35,123 bases of DNA from Promethearchaeota archaeon. Lineage in GTDB: Archaea; Asgardarchaeota; Lokiarchaeia; Sigyniarchaeales; SOKP01. How positions within the stretch are numbered: position 1 is the stretch's first letter; each line of letters starts with the position of its first letter. A program made the translations under genes and the position numbers. This document shows, one piece after another, positions 11,015 to 20,760 of the stretch. The stretch lies in contig JAEOTS010000037.1 in assembly GCA_016839745.1 (NCBI GenBank), forward strand, positions 1 through 35,123. The letters are read 5' to 3'. The notes under the pieces were generated by a model, which was given only the letters and a program-made list of their open reading frames with translations, did not search any database and had not been told where the DNA came from.

Positions 11015-11941
11015 TTAATCCTTTCTATAAATTATACTTTTTTTTATCATGCGAATTGGTTTATACGATTCCTTTGCTCTACGTAATCCTTCTACGCCCA
11101 AATCTTGTTCCCTATTAACAAATTGAACATCTTCATAAACATTATTTAGAAAGAGGTTACCTATTGCTTGGTATCCCCCTTCATACTCCATATGTGCTTT
11201 TTCAACGTGAATTACGAGAGTATCTGAATTAAGCATTTCTCCAAAGGTATATCCCGCACATTTGTCATCAACACATATTAATGCTCCTTTAAAGCCTAGT
11301 GTAGAGAAATTATCTAATGCTTCATATATAGCTTCTTGTTCTTGTTCTAATCCCTCATCCTCTTCACATTGTCGCATTACACACCATTCTAACTGCAATT
11401 TCTTGCATTTATTTATTAAATCCTCGGTGAGAATTTCAAATTGGTAATCATAAGTTTGCAGAAATTTATTTAGCCACCTTCGATTCTGGCGATGACGGTT
11501 CCCCGGTAAAGTTTTTAACATTTCAACTTCGTATACATAATCCCAATTATCACGATCTTCAACAATTTCAAAGTTCATTGAAGTAAATCTTTCATCTTTG
11601 ATGAGAGCGTTTGTAATATACTCTGATATTCGATTAAATTCTGCTTTTTTATAAATTTCTGCGATATTGAATATCATTGCTGCAGGATCAGGACCAATCG
11701 GAGGAAAAAAATAGTTCGCATCCTCCTTTCTGGTTAATGGAGGTCTAACTTTTTTAAAATATTCTTTTGAAAATAGAACTAAATGATCGTTCCATTCTAA
11801 ATAAAACCACTCGTAGAAATTCCTCCACATAAAAAGATTTGTAAATGTAAATTCAGAATTTTGAGGGGGATATTTCTGAAAATATTTGTCGAAAAGTTCC
11901 TTATCATCTAATCCTAATCTCTTCGCACTGGTTAATTCCAT
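11015..11941 (-). CDS. DUF2156 / phosphatidylglycerol lysyltransferase C-terminal-domain protein
   Basis: SEFTFTNLFMW, DRDNWDYVY, IHVEKA and FVNREQDLGVEGLRRAKESYKP. Confidence 0.88.
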   Translation of the reverse strand: MELTSAKRLGLDDKELFDKYFQKYPPQNSEFTFTNLFMWRNFYEWFYLEWNDHLVLFSKEYFKKVRPPLTRKEDANYFFPPIGPDPAAMIFNIAEIYKKAEFNRISEYITNALIKDERFTSMNFEIVEDRDNWDYVYEVEMLKTLPGNRHRQNRRWLNKFLQTYDYQFEILTEDLINKCKKLQLEWCVMRQCEEDEGLEQEQEAIYEALDNFSTLGFKGALICVDDKCAGYTFGEMLNSDTLVIHVEKAHMEYEGGYQAIGNLFLNNVYEDVQFVNREQDLGVEGLRRAKESYKPIRMIKKSIIYRKD

Positions 11942-12054
11942 GATCTGATAAAATCTTGGAGGTATAAATTTATTTCTTTTTTAAAATATTTACTACATAA
12001 ATAGAGATTTACGGTGACCTAAGTATTATTGATTTCTTAATTATTTTTAAAAAT

Positions 12055-12684
12055 GTGTTAATAATACTTCTAATCATTTTCATTTGTTTTCTACTTTGGT
12101 TATTTGTTATTATGCGAATAATTCGGAAAATCCATAAATTTCCAATTCCTGCTTTTCTCACTCGTTTGATAGATAACGCTTGGAGGCGTAAAGTTATTCA
12201 AAAACCTGAAACCATCGCAAATAATATGAACCTCAAACCCGGAATGATCGTTGTTGAAGTTGGACCAGGGAAGGGAAACTACACAAAAGCTGTAGCAAAA
12301 AGGTTACTCCCTAATGGAAAAATTTATGCAATTGATATTCAAGAAAATGTAATAAATAGATTAAAGAAAAAAGTAGAGGAAGAGATAATTACGAATATCG
12401 TTCCAAAGATTGATGATGTTCATAATCTTTCTTTCGAAAATGAAAGCGTTGACAGAATTTTTGCTATAACTTGTTTACCTGAAATACCAGATCCAGTTCA
12501 TGCATTAAAGGAATTTAAAAGAGTTCTAAAACCGGGAGGAATCGTATCACTATGCGAATTATTTTTTGACCCCGATTACCCCTTAAGAAAGACTGAGAAA
12601 AAATGGGCAAGCAAGGCTGGATTAGAATTCCTTGAAGGTTTTGGAAATTTTTTTGTTTACCAATTGAATTTTATTAAAACCTAA
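12055..12684 (+). CDS. Class I SAM-dependent methyltransferase with N-terminal TM anchor
   Basis: VVEVGPGKG motif I, AIDIQ and EFKRVLKPGG; hydrophobic N-terminus. Confidence 0.88.
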   Translation: MLIILLIIFICFLLWLFVIMRIIRKIHKFPIPAFLTRLIDNAWRRKVIQKPETIANNMNLKPGMIVVEVGPGKGNYTKAVAKRLLPNGKIYAIDIQENVINRLKKKVEEEIITNIVPKIDDVHNLSFENESVDRIFAITCLPEIPDPVHALKEFKRVLKPGGIVSLCELFFDPDYPLRKTEKKWASKAGLEFLEGFGNFFVYQLNFIKT

Positions 12685-12686
12685 GA

Positions 12687-13145
12687 TTATAACGCGAATT
12701 TCTCTATACCGACCTTTTCATTTTTTAAATTTTCCAGAGTCTTCTCTAAAATTTTAATAACCCGTTTTTGATATGATTCCTGTTCGGGGTAATTATAACT
12801 ATAGGTTTTCCAATTTGGTCTTTTATGACCAATTTTAAATTTAATTCCTTTCATGTTAGTTAAATATGAGTTGGCATCAAGTTTCGAAGCAATTTGATCA
12901 GCGATTATATACCAATGATATTTTGTATTTAACTTAGCACCGGAATTCATAGGGGCTGAATGAAATCGAGTCTTTGTACTATGAAAATTGAATGTCCATT
13001 GATTTGGGGCAACTTTAGTTTCAAACCATTTACCATTGTTGTAATGCCACTTATGCGTGCCTCCTATTTTCATTCCTGTATAAATCTGACCGTTATAATC
13101 TTTTAACTTATCATAAAACTTAACTTCACTTTCATCTGACTGCAA
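12687..13145 (-). CDS. Conserved hypothetical protein
   Basis: 152 aa; the YTGMKIGGTHKWHY...YHWYIIADQ...KFKIGHKR pattern resembles an uncharacterised prokaryotic family (recalled, not searched). Confidence 0.7.
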   Translation of the reverse strand: MQSDESEVKFYDKLKDYNGQIYTGMKIGGTHKWHYNNGKWFETKVAPNQWTFNFHSTKTRFHSAPMNSGAKLNTKYHWYIIADQIASKLDANSYLTNMKGIKFKIGHKRPNWKTYSYNYPEQESYQKRVIKILEKTLENLKNEKVGIEKFAL

Positions 13146-13332
13146 ATAAACTCAACCCTTAACCCTTCAGATGTTCAAACTTAAAAATCAACACGCATTT
13201 AAATAATCTTTAGGACTTCCGGTTTTTTATAATGTTAAACCAGACGAAAAAATTGAAATCAAATTAACTTTAAATCATTATAAGAAATTTTAAAAAGCTA
13301 TCTCCTTTTTCTTCTGTAAAAGAAAGTTTAAA

Positions 13333-14646
13333 ATGTGGGTTAAAGGTTTAAAAATACACCGAGTAACTTCATGGTTAATCACTCTGCTTGCATTTATAAC
13401 TATCTTCTTAGGTTATGCCGTAACGAAGCGGTGGTTCCCATTTCATGAATTATTTCTATTTCTTCACTTAGCTACTGGTTGGATTTTTCCTGGATTATTA
13501 CTCGTACATTTTATGTTTTCAATTCTTTATTTGAACCTCACATGGAGTCGAATTAGAGCTGCCTTTAAGAGAGAAAATACCTCTAGTACTATCAGTTTAC
13601 GGTTAATTCAGAAAATAACGAAATGGGGTATTATTGTCATGGCGTCTCTAATAAGTTTTTCTGGACTATCGTATTACCCTTCTTTTAATGCTATTTTTGG
13701 CAATTTTCTACCATTTTCAATTCATCTAGATTTTGATATAATACTTTCCATATTTATGATCGTTCACGTTGGAATCGGTGCGACATTTTATTTTACTAGA
13801 AGAAGGATAAAACATTGGAGCGCTAATCTTTCTCTTGTATTTCTTATTTTTTCTTTAATACTCGTGACAATCTTTGTAGATCTTCCCTCCGGATTAGGAT
13901 CTCCTGGAGTTTATATTGGAGGAACTAAATATGAATTTGACCCAAATGAGGTTAATAGCGTTCGCCCAGACCTTTTTCAAAATGGATCCTTTTCCGTATA
14001 TGACATTCTTGTTCATCTTAATTCAACAGACCAAATCAGTTTAATTTCCCACTTCAATAGTAGTATGGATACTTACATAATTGACTCCTTAAATGGAAAT
14101 ACTGATTATTGGTGGTATCACATATATTATAGTGGTGGCGATATTGAAAAAAATGTGGTTAGGATGGACCATTATCCATGGAAACCAGGATCGAGGATTA
14201 TTATGTACCATGAAAGCGAATCGTACATTAACGCTGCTTTTTCGCTTTTTACTGAAGAAGTCTCCCGTTATGCTTACAATAATAACTCGATAATTATCCC
14301 AAGAGTTAATATAACTGGACACAGTTTTAGCGTAGAATTTTATAATGTAACCGTTGTTCCACATAATAAGAGAAATGAAACGTTTAAAAATGGTGTAATT
14401 ACAGCATTGGATGTGATAATGACTTTGGGAGACTTAGGAAGCATTACTTATAACCTTACTTGGTTTGAAAGTTTCAGAGGTGCTAGTTATGTTCACAGTT
14501 ATTTTGTAAGCAAAATAAATACTGACGAAACATCCGGGAGATGTGGTTTTCTTTACGATGTTAGCGGTTCCTTTATTTATCTATCTGCAGATGAAAGAAT
14601 TCTTACCTCTCCAGAATCTATTAATTTTTATTGGGGATGTTTATAA
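13333..14646 (+). CDS. Membrane protein: His-containing ~5-TM N-terminal domain plus extracytoplasmic domain with internal duplication
   Basis: TM helices carry His (IHRV, FLHL, LVHF, SIHL, IVHV). The soluble C-terminal part has two similar halves (FQNGSFSVYDILVHL / FKNGVITALDVIMTL) and many N-x-S/T sequons. Confidence 0.7.
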   Translation: MWVKGLKIHRVTSWLITLLAFITIFLGYAVTKRWFPFHELFLFLHLATGWIFPGLLLVHFMFSILYLNLTWSRIRAAFKRENTSSTISLRLIQKITKWGIIVMASLISFSGLSYYPSFNAIFGNFLPFSIHLDFDIILSIFMIVHVGIGATFYFTRRRIKHWSANLSLVFLIFSLILVTIFVDLPSGLGSPGVYIGGTKYEFDPNEVNSVRPDLFQNGSFSVYDILVHLNSTDQISLISHFNSSMDTYIIDSLNGNTDYWWYHIYYSGGDIEKNVVRMDHYPWKPGSRIIMYHESESYINAAFSLFTEEVSRYAYNNNSIIIPRVNITGHSFSVEFYNVTVVPHNKRNETFKNGVITALDVIMTLGDLGSITYNLTWFESFRGASYVHSYFVSKINTDETSGRCGFLYDVSGSFIYLSADERILTSPESINFYWGCL

Positions 14647-14694
14647 TAAGATTATTTAAGAAAAGAAATTAAAAAAAATAAAAAATTTTTGAAT

Positions 14695-15696
14695 CTATAA
14701 TTTTTTAGCAATTAAATCTGCTATCCGATTAGAATATCCCATTTCGTTGTCGTACCAAGATACGACAGCTACTAAATCTCCAATTACTTTTGTCCATAAG
14801 GAACAATATATTGAACTTGCAGGATTCCCGATGATATCACTACTCACTATTGGGTCATCTGTATACTCTAAAATCCCTTTTAGGTAAGTTTCAGAAGCAG
14901 CTTTCATTTTAGCATTTATATCTTCGACTGTTGGAGGGTTTTCTACTATACATTTCAAATCTACACAACTTCCGTCTGCAACAGGAACTCGCATAGCAAT
15001 TCCGTCCAGTTTCCCATTTAATTCTGGAAAAACCGCACCGATGGCTTTCGCTGCACCTGTTGAAGTTGGGATAATGTTTTGTGCTGCTGCCCGCCCTCTA
15101 ATCATCTTAATTGGGGCTCCAGCCACGGCAGTATCGACAGTTTTTTGTGGACCTGTATAGCCATGTATCGTAGTCATAATCCCTTTGGAAATCTTGTAAT
15201 TATCGTTTAAAACTTTTACGATTGGTGCGAGACAGTTGGTTGTGCATGAAGCGTTTGAGATAATTTTATGTTCTTCAGTGAGTTTATCGTCATTACATCC
15301 TAGAACCACTGTAATATCTGGATTAGTTGCTGGAGCACTGATCACGACTTTCTTTGCTCCCGCGTCTAGATGTTTTTGAGCTCCTTCTCGTTTTATAAAA
15401 AATCCTGTAGATTCAACAACTACATCTATATTATTGCTGCCGTGTGGTAAATTAGCTGGATCTCTCTCAGCTGTTATAGGAATTCTTTTTCCGTCAACGA
15501 TTAAGGCTGTTTCTTCGGCTTCAACAGTTCCTGGCCATTTTCCTTGCATTGAATCATATTTCAATACATAAGCTAAATATTTTGGCTCAAAAAGATCGTT
15601 GATTGAAACAATCTCTATCTCTGGGTTGCCCCAAGCAGCTCTAAAGAATAATCGACCGATTCTACCAAATCCGTTAATTGCAACTCGTTTTACCAT
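14695..15696 (-). CDS. gap: Class I glyceraldehyde-3-phosphate dehydrogenase
   Basis: INGFGRIGR, VVESTG, catalytic SNASCTTNCLAP, NIIPTSTGAAKA and SWYDNEMGYS. Confidence 0.96.
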   Translation of the reverse strand: MVKRVAINGFGRIGRLFFRAAWGNPEIEIVSINDLFEPKYLAYVLKYDSMQGKWPGTVEAEETALIVDGKRIPITAERDPANLPHGSNNIDVVVESTGFFIKREGAQKHLDAGAKKVVISAPATNPDITVVLGCNDDKLTEEHKIISNASCTTNCLAPIVKVLNDNYKISKGIMTTIHGYTGPQKTVDTAVAGAPIKMIRGRAAAQNIIPTSTGAAKAIGAVFPELNGKLDGIAMRVPVADGSCVDLKCIVENPPTVEDINAKMKAASETYLKGILEYTDDPIVSSDIIGNPASSIYCSLWTKVIGDLVAVVSWYDNEMGYSNRIADLIAKKL

Positions 15697-15835
15697 TTAT
15701 TTTCACTTTAGATAATAGTTCGAATTCTTTTTAATTAAAAAGATAAATAATTATGTGGTTGTTAGTTTTTTAATTTTATAGTTTTATATTTCTTAACAGT
15801 AAACAATATATTAGAATAGATTTTGAGTTGTTATT

Positions 15836-17056
15836 ATGGACGATAAAGAAAAAATTGTGCTTCAAAAAATTGATGAAATGAAAGACGAGCTTGTAACATT
15901 TTTACAGCAAATTGTCCGAATTCCATCTGAAATTCCTCCTGGAAAATATAGACCAATATCGAAATTCGTAGCTGGGAAAATGGAAGAATTTGGGATAGGG
16001 AACAAAGTTAAAAGAAACAATGTAATTGGCGAAATGGGTAAAGAGGGCGGTCGAACTCTAATTTTTAATGCTCACATGGATACTGTCGAAGTTTTTGATG
16101 GATGGACAAAAGATCCACATTCCGGTGAAATAATTGGAAATAAAATTTATGGTAGAGGAGCTTGTGACGATAAATCGTGTGTAGCTGCTGAAATATTCGC
16201 TGCGAAAGCACTATTAGATGCGGGAATTGAGTTAAACGGTAAATTACTTATAACAGCCGTTGTTAACGAGGAAATAGCTGGATTCGGAGGAGCCGAATAT
16301 ATAGCCAACGACGAAATAATAAGGGGAGATGCTTGTTTAGTAGGGGATGGCCCCCGTAATTATCCTACGGCTTATGTAGGAGGAACTCTTCAGGTCAGTT
16401 TCACTATAAAGGGAGTTCGTCGACATAACATGGCTTACCCCGATTTAAATCCTCCAAATCGAAATCAGTACTCAGGAATAAATGCGATTCATAAGATGAT
16501 CCCAATCGTGGATTTTTTGAAGAATTTACAAGAAGAAATTGAAAAAACAGAAACGCAATATCCTATAGCTCCTGGGATGCCATCAAAAGTAGGTTCTGTT
16601 ACAATTACAAAAATAGATGGAGGAGTATCACATTCATCTGTGCCGGATAACTGTAATCTGCATTGCTTAATTAATGTTATTCCTGAAATGGATTTGGAGG
16701 CTATCAAAACAAAGATTTTAACTTTTACTAAGGAATACAAAAAGGAAAATCCTGAAATAGATCTAAATGTTCAAGCGCCTGTTTTTGTAGAACCACTAAT
16801 AGCAGACACTAACACTGATTTTGCCAACAGTGTTAAAAAAGCTTTCAACACCCTTTATAACGAAGAACGCGATTTTAAGATGTTTATTGCTTCAACCGAT
16901 GCTCATCACTTTAAGAGAAATGGTATTGATACACTACTAATTGGACCTATGATAGGAGATAATAATTACCACGCCCAAGACGAATTTGTATATATCGAAG
17001 ATTTAATAAATACTACTAAAATTTTCGCACTTACAGCCTTAGATTATCTGAAATAA
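15836..17056 (+). CDS. M20 family (ArgE/DapE-like) metallopeptidase/deacylase
   Basis: FNAHMDTV, YGRGACDDK, VNEE, TDAHH and YHAQDE. Its 3' end overlaps the convergent gene by 18 bp. Confidence 0.9.
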   Translation: MDDKEKIVLQKIDEMKDELVTFLQQIVRIPSEIPPGKYRPISKFVAGKMEEFGIGNKVKRNNVIGEMGKEGGRTLIFNAHMDTVEVFDGWTKDPHSGEIIGNKIYGRGACDDKSCVAAEIFAAKALLDAGIELNGKLLITAVVNEEIAGFGGAEYIANDEIIRGDACLVGDGPRNYPTAYVGGTLQVSFTIKGVRRHNMAYPDLNPPNRNQYSGINAIHKMIPIVDFLKNLQEEIEKTETQYPIAPGMPSKVGSVTITKIDGGVSHSSVPDNCNLHCLINVIPEMDLEAIKTKILTFTKEYKKENPEIDLNVQAPVFVEPLIADTNTDFANSVKKAFNTLYNEERDFKMFIASTDAHHFKRNGIDTLLIGPMIGDNNYHAQDEFVYIEDLINTTKIFALTALDYLK

Positions 17057-17746
17057 ATGATCTTCTACTTTTTTTTCTAATTTTTGCATGATACAGAAAA
17101 CTGATTGAAAGCTTTCCGGACTAGCTTTGACAATATCTACCTCGTTTTGATGTACTTTTAACACCTTGAGAGCAGCTTGATCAGTTGCATATTTTTTAGA
17201 TAATTCTAAGAGTTTAACCTCTAATGGCTGGTAATATTCTTCCCACCAAGCTTCCTCTGGTAAAGAGAAATGTTCAATAAATTTATATCCGCATCTATCA
17301 ACTTCATGACGCTGTTCGAAAAAGTGTTTAATTTCGTCGTGAACAACCAAATAACCATTAGATTTAAGAAGTCTATTCCATGATGTTAGACTCTTTTCAA
17401 CTCCTAGCGTCGTCAACGTACCCTCAGCCCATATGATATCGAAACTATTGTCTGGAAATTTAATCTCTAATAGTGAGCATTTTATCGCCTTAACTCTATG
17501 AGTTAAGCCTTCCTTTTCGATTTTTTTCTTTAATTTGTCTAAACTTTTTTGATCGATGTCAATACCTATTATTTCGCCATCACTTAACTTTGCTAATTCC
17601 ATGGTGGGAACACCTGAACCACAACCGATGTCCAATATACGCGGTTTGTCTAATTTTGGAAGTTTTTGAAAAGCCTCTATGGTGTATTTACTAAACGCAC
17701 TCCTAAAGTGGTCTATATCAAGCTCATTTAAAATTTCTTCAGTCAT
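17039..17746 (-). CDS. Class I SAM-dependent methyltransferase
   Basis: ILDIGCGSG, GIDID, FDIIWAEG and LLKSNGYL. Confidence 0.9.
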   Translation of the reverse strand: MTEEILNELDIDHFRSAFSKYTIEAFQKLPKLDKPRILDIGCGSGVPTMELAKLSDGEIIGIDIDQKSLDKLKKKIEKEGLTHRVKAIKCSLLEIKFPDNSFDIIWAEGTLTTLGVEKSLTSWNRLLKSNGYLVVHDEIKHFFEQRHEVDRCGYKFIEHFSLPEEAWWEEYYQPLEVKLLELSKKYATDQAALKVLKVHQNEVDIVKASPESFQSVFCIMQKLEKKVEDHLFQII

Positions 17747-17974
17747 GAGTTTTCAACCTATTGCTATTATAAGTAATCTACTCATTTAAATGTCGAGGAT
17801 AAAAATTAGAATAAAATAAAAGTTTAAAATTTCGCTTAATCATGTTGTTTTATTGCTAAGCTTTTCTTTTAAATTAGCTAGCGAACCTATAAAAATCATT
17901 TTTTACTAGTAAGTTTCGATGAAAGGTTTATATACAATCTTATCGATCTAAATTTTAATTCATATTCGTAAAAA

Positions 17975-18586
17975 GTGAAGGTGAAAAAGATTTCCGATGA
18001 AAAAAGAAATTTTGGGAAGAAAAGTATAACGATAATAGGATTAATCGTAAGTCTGACAGGAGCTATTTTTACTATTTACATTGGTATAGATGGATTAATT
18101 AATGGTGCTTGGTGGGAACAATATTATTTTAATATTCTAATATTTTTCGGCGTTTTAGCTTTAATTGGAGTCATTATTGGATTTTTCAGAAAAGCGATTG
18201 GCATTGGTATAACGCTTTTTGTGGGTATTGTTGGCCTTATAAACGCTCCTTTATTATTTAGTGGATTTGGAATAATGTCATATTTAGTCTTCTTAATATT
18301 AATTGGTGGCATTGTTGGGTTCAGCGCTAATTATGAAAACCTTAAGGCTTGGAAGGAGCAAAATTATCCTTCAAAACATAAGAGAGAGGCAGGATGGGAA
18401 AAGAAGTTGATACTCCCAGGGGTGATTTTTCTCATCCTTGGAGGTATAATAATATTTATAATAATATGGCAAGTTACCACTGTAGGTGAGGTGTTCTTTG
18501 CTTTGTTTTTTGTTGCTGCTTCAACGGTTTTCATAATAACTGGCCTAGTATTAATCATTTATTCTGTTATTAAACTGAGAAAGTAA
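17975..18586 (+). CDS. Hypothetical membrane protein (about 6 TM)
   Basis: 203-aa hydrophobic ORF with GTG start. Confidence 0.7.
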   Translation: MKVKKISDEKRNFGKKSITIIGLIVSLTGAIFTIYIGIDGLINGAWWEQYYFNILIFFGVLALIGVIIGFFRKAIGIGITLFVGIVGLINAPLLFSGFGIMSYLVFLILIGGIVGFSANYENLKAWKEQNYPSKHKREAGWEKKLILPGVIFLILGGIIIFIIIWQVTTVGEVFFALFFVAASTVFIITGLVLIIYSVIKLRK

Positions 18587-18644
18587 GGTTCACAAAGTTA
18601 AATAAAATAAAGATTAGGTGAAAGATTAGACCTAATCAAGTAGT

Positions 18645-19097
18645 TTAATTGCTTAATTTTTCTTTTAATTCACTTAACGCACCTGACCACGCTTTTTCAA
18701 AATATTCACGAGCTTTTTGCCATTCGGGATCATCTCTCCAACCAGAGTGGAACAGATAAACTAGCGATTTTTTAGGATCCTTCAAACCTGGGGTAAAAAA
18801 AACTACTACATGCGTCAACGGATCGCAGAAATTCATAAAAGATTGAAACATTTCTGGACCTTTCCATTCGAATGATAGAAATTTATCTTTTTCGAAACTG
18901 GTAATCCTACAACCTATTGTACTATTAATATCTGGATTTTGAGGGTCCCAAAATAATTCGTACTTACCACCTATTTTAGGCTCAACCTCAGCTTTCTCCG
19001 GTAACCACGATTCTAATTTCTCGCTTACTGTGAACATTTCGAACGCTTCACTAATATCACAGTTCAATTCTATTTCAATTTGAATAATTTTTTGCAT
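18645..19097 (-). CDS. SRPBCC/AHSA1 (Aha1-like) domain protein
   Basis: FEMFT...LESW, EPKIGGKYE, LSFEWKGP, HSGW and C-terminal W..AL..LK helix. Confidence 0.85.
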   Translation of the reverse strand: MQKIIQIEIELNCDISEAFEMFTVSEKLESWLPEKAEVEPKIGGKYELFWDPQNPDINSTIGCRITSFEKDKFLSFEWKGPEMFQSFMNFCDPLTHVVVFFTPGLKDPKKSLVYLFHSGWRDDPEWQKAREYFEKAWSGALSELKEKLSN

Positions 19098-19133
19098 GAT
19101 TACTACAATTATAGTAAGCTATTTTTTAATATT

Positions 19134-19799
19134 TTAATAGATAAACGGTATTAGTTTTTTGCTTTTCTTTTTGTAATCAGCGAATTCTTCTCCAAAAGCT
19201 TCGTAAAGAAGTCTTTCTTCTTCATCGATTCTCATTTTAAACACTATAAAATAGAAAATCGAAATGAATAAAAGCGTTATTATACTTCTAAAGACCAAAC
19301 CAAAACCAATAACAGCTATTAATGCCCCAGAATACATCGGATTCCGGATATATTTGTAAACTCCTTCGGTGTAAAGTTTATGGTCTTTCTCCGTTATTAA
19401 TTCACCTGAACCGAACTTACCAAGCTGTACTCGTCCTACAATAACAAAGATACCTGCTGAGAGATAAATGACAAATCCAATATAACTCACAATAAGGCTA
19501 TCCCAGAATGGTAGAATCGATGATATTAGTAATTTATTCTCATAAAAAGCAGCAATTAATAAGAATGGTGCTAAGAAAAACATCAATAATATTAAGAAAT
19601 CATATATTTTTGAAGGATTTCTCTCTTTCGTTAGAGGACGTATCAATGAATCTGCAAGAGCAATTATGTAATTCGTTAACAAATATAAAACATAAATGGG
19701 TGCTGTATAAATTTCTGGAACAAGTAGAATATAGAATATGTTTGGATAAGTAATCTGAAGTATTAAAAATAGTAAGATTTTCTTAATAATATCTTTCAT
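19134..19799 (-). CDS. Isoprenylcysteine carboxyl methyltransferase (ICMT/PEMT) family membrane protein
   Basis: HKLYTEGVYKYIRNPMYSG, RIDEEE...FGEEFADY and KLIPFIY. ATG 19799 has an AAGGAG upstream and is preferred to 19823. Confidence 0.85.
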   Translation of the reverse strand: MKDIIKKILLFLILQITYPNIFYILLVPEIYTAPIYVLYLLTNYIIALADSLIRPLTKERNPSKIYDFLILLMFFLAPFLLIAAFYENKLLISSILPFWDSLIVSYIGFVIYLSAGIFVIVGRVQLGKFGSGELITEKDHKLYTEGVYKYIRNPMYSGALIAVIGFGLVFRSIITLLFISIFYFIVFKMRIDEEERLLYEAFGEEFADYKKKSKKLIPFIY

Positions 19800-19902
19800 C
19801 TTTATTATCTCCTTATAATACAATTATAGTTTACTGATCTTTGTAGAGAAACTAAAGAATAAAAAATATGTTAAAAATAAAAATTACTATAAATTAGGTT
19901 TC

Positions 19903-20670
19903 TTACTCTTCCTCGACAGATTCCTTGCCTAACAAGCGCATAACGGAATCTGCAAGTTTATTTTGACTACGACTCATAATTCCTTTAATTTTCCCTTCTT
20001 TTCCGAGAACGCGGAGCATGATACCATCCCAAACTGAGGATGGATTCCCCTTTTCTTTCTTGAATTTATCTCTGTGAATCTCTACGCTAATATTATCGTA
20101 ATTTTTCGAAGCGTCCGAACACTTAAAACATAAAATACATTTATCTATGTCTACGGCTATGTCATTACCATCACGGGACATAGCATCTACAGAACACTCT
20201 TCAGTAAACGCGTCAATTACTTTAGTATCTTTTTCAGTGCAGTCGAATTTAATTGAACCATCTACTACCTTTCGTACTTTTTGACCATCTTCTAAAATGC
20301 GAACTTCTTCATCGAATTCAGCAAGAGAACCATTCTCTACTAATAATATCTTACTTTCTCCGTTGATTATTAATTCTAGCGTATATCCCGGACATATCCA
20401 GCTGCAACTGCCACACCATATGCATTTATCAACATCTACGACAATTTTTTTATCTGATTCAACTCTCATCTCTTCTGGAGTTCCTATAGCAGTTTTTTTT
20501 AATGGTTCATCGTAAATAGAAATTGTTACAGGACAAACTCTATGGCAAAAACCACACTCAACGCATTTACTTTCATCGTATTTTAATATACTCTCATGGG
20601 AAAGCATCTTATAGACATAATGAGTAATATTTTCGTCAATTTCGATCGCTTTCTTAGCTGGTAACGACAT
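19903..20670 (-). CDS. 4Fe-4S polyferredoxin-like protein (FwdF/MvhB-like)
   Basis: CVECGFCHRVCP, CIWCGSCSWICP and a degenerate CILCFKC; last gene of the hdrA cluster. Confidence 0.8.
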   Translation of the reverse strand: MSLPAKKAIEIDENITHYVYKMLSHESILKYDESKCVECGFCHRVCPVTISIYDEPLKKTAIGTPEEMRVESDKKIVVDVDKCIWCGSCSWICPGYTLELIINGESKILLVENGSLAEFDEEVRILEDGQKVRKVVDGSIKFDCTEKDTKVIDAFTEECSVDAMSRDGNDIAVDIDKCILCFKCSDASKNYDNISVEIHRDKFKKEKGNPSSVWDGIMLRVLGKEGKIKGIMSRSQNKLADSVMRLLGKESVEEE

Positions 20671-20760
20671 AATCCTTCACTTTTATTTTTCCTTCTTTAA
20701 TTTAAAATATCTTTTTGTATTTTTAAGAATTTATATCAAAACTTATTGACCAAAGTAGAA

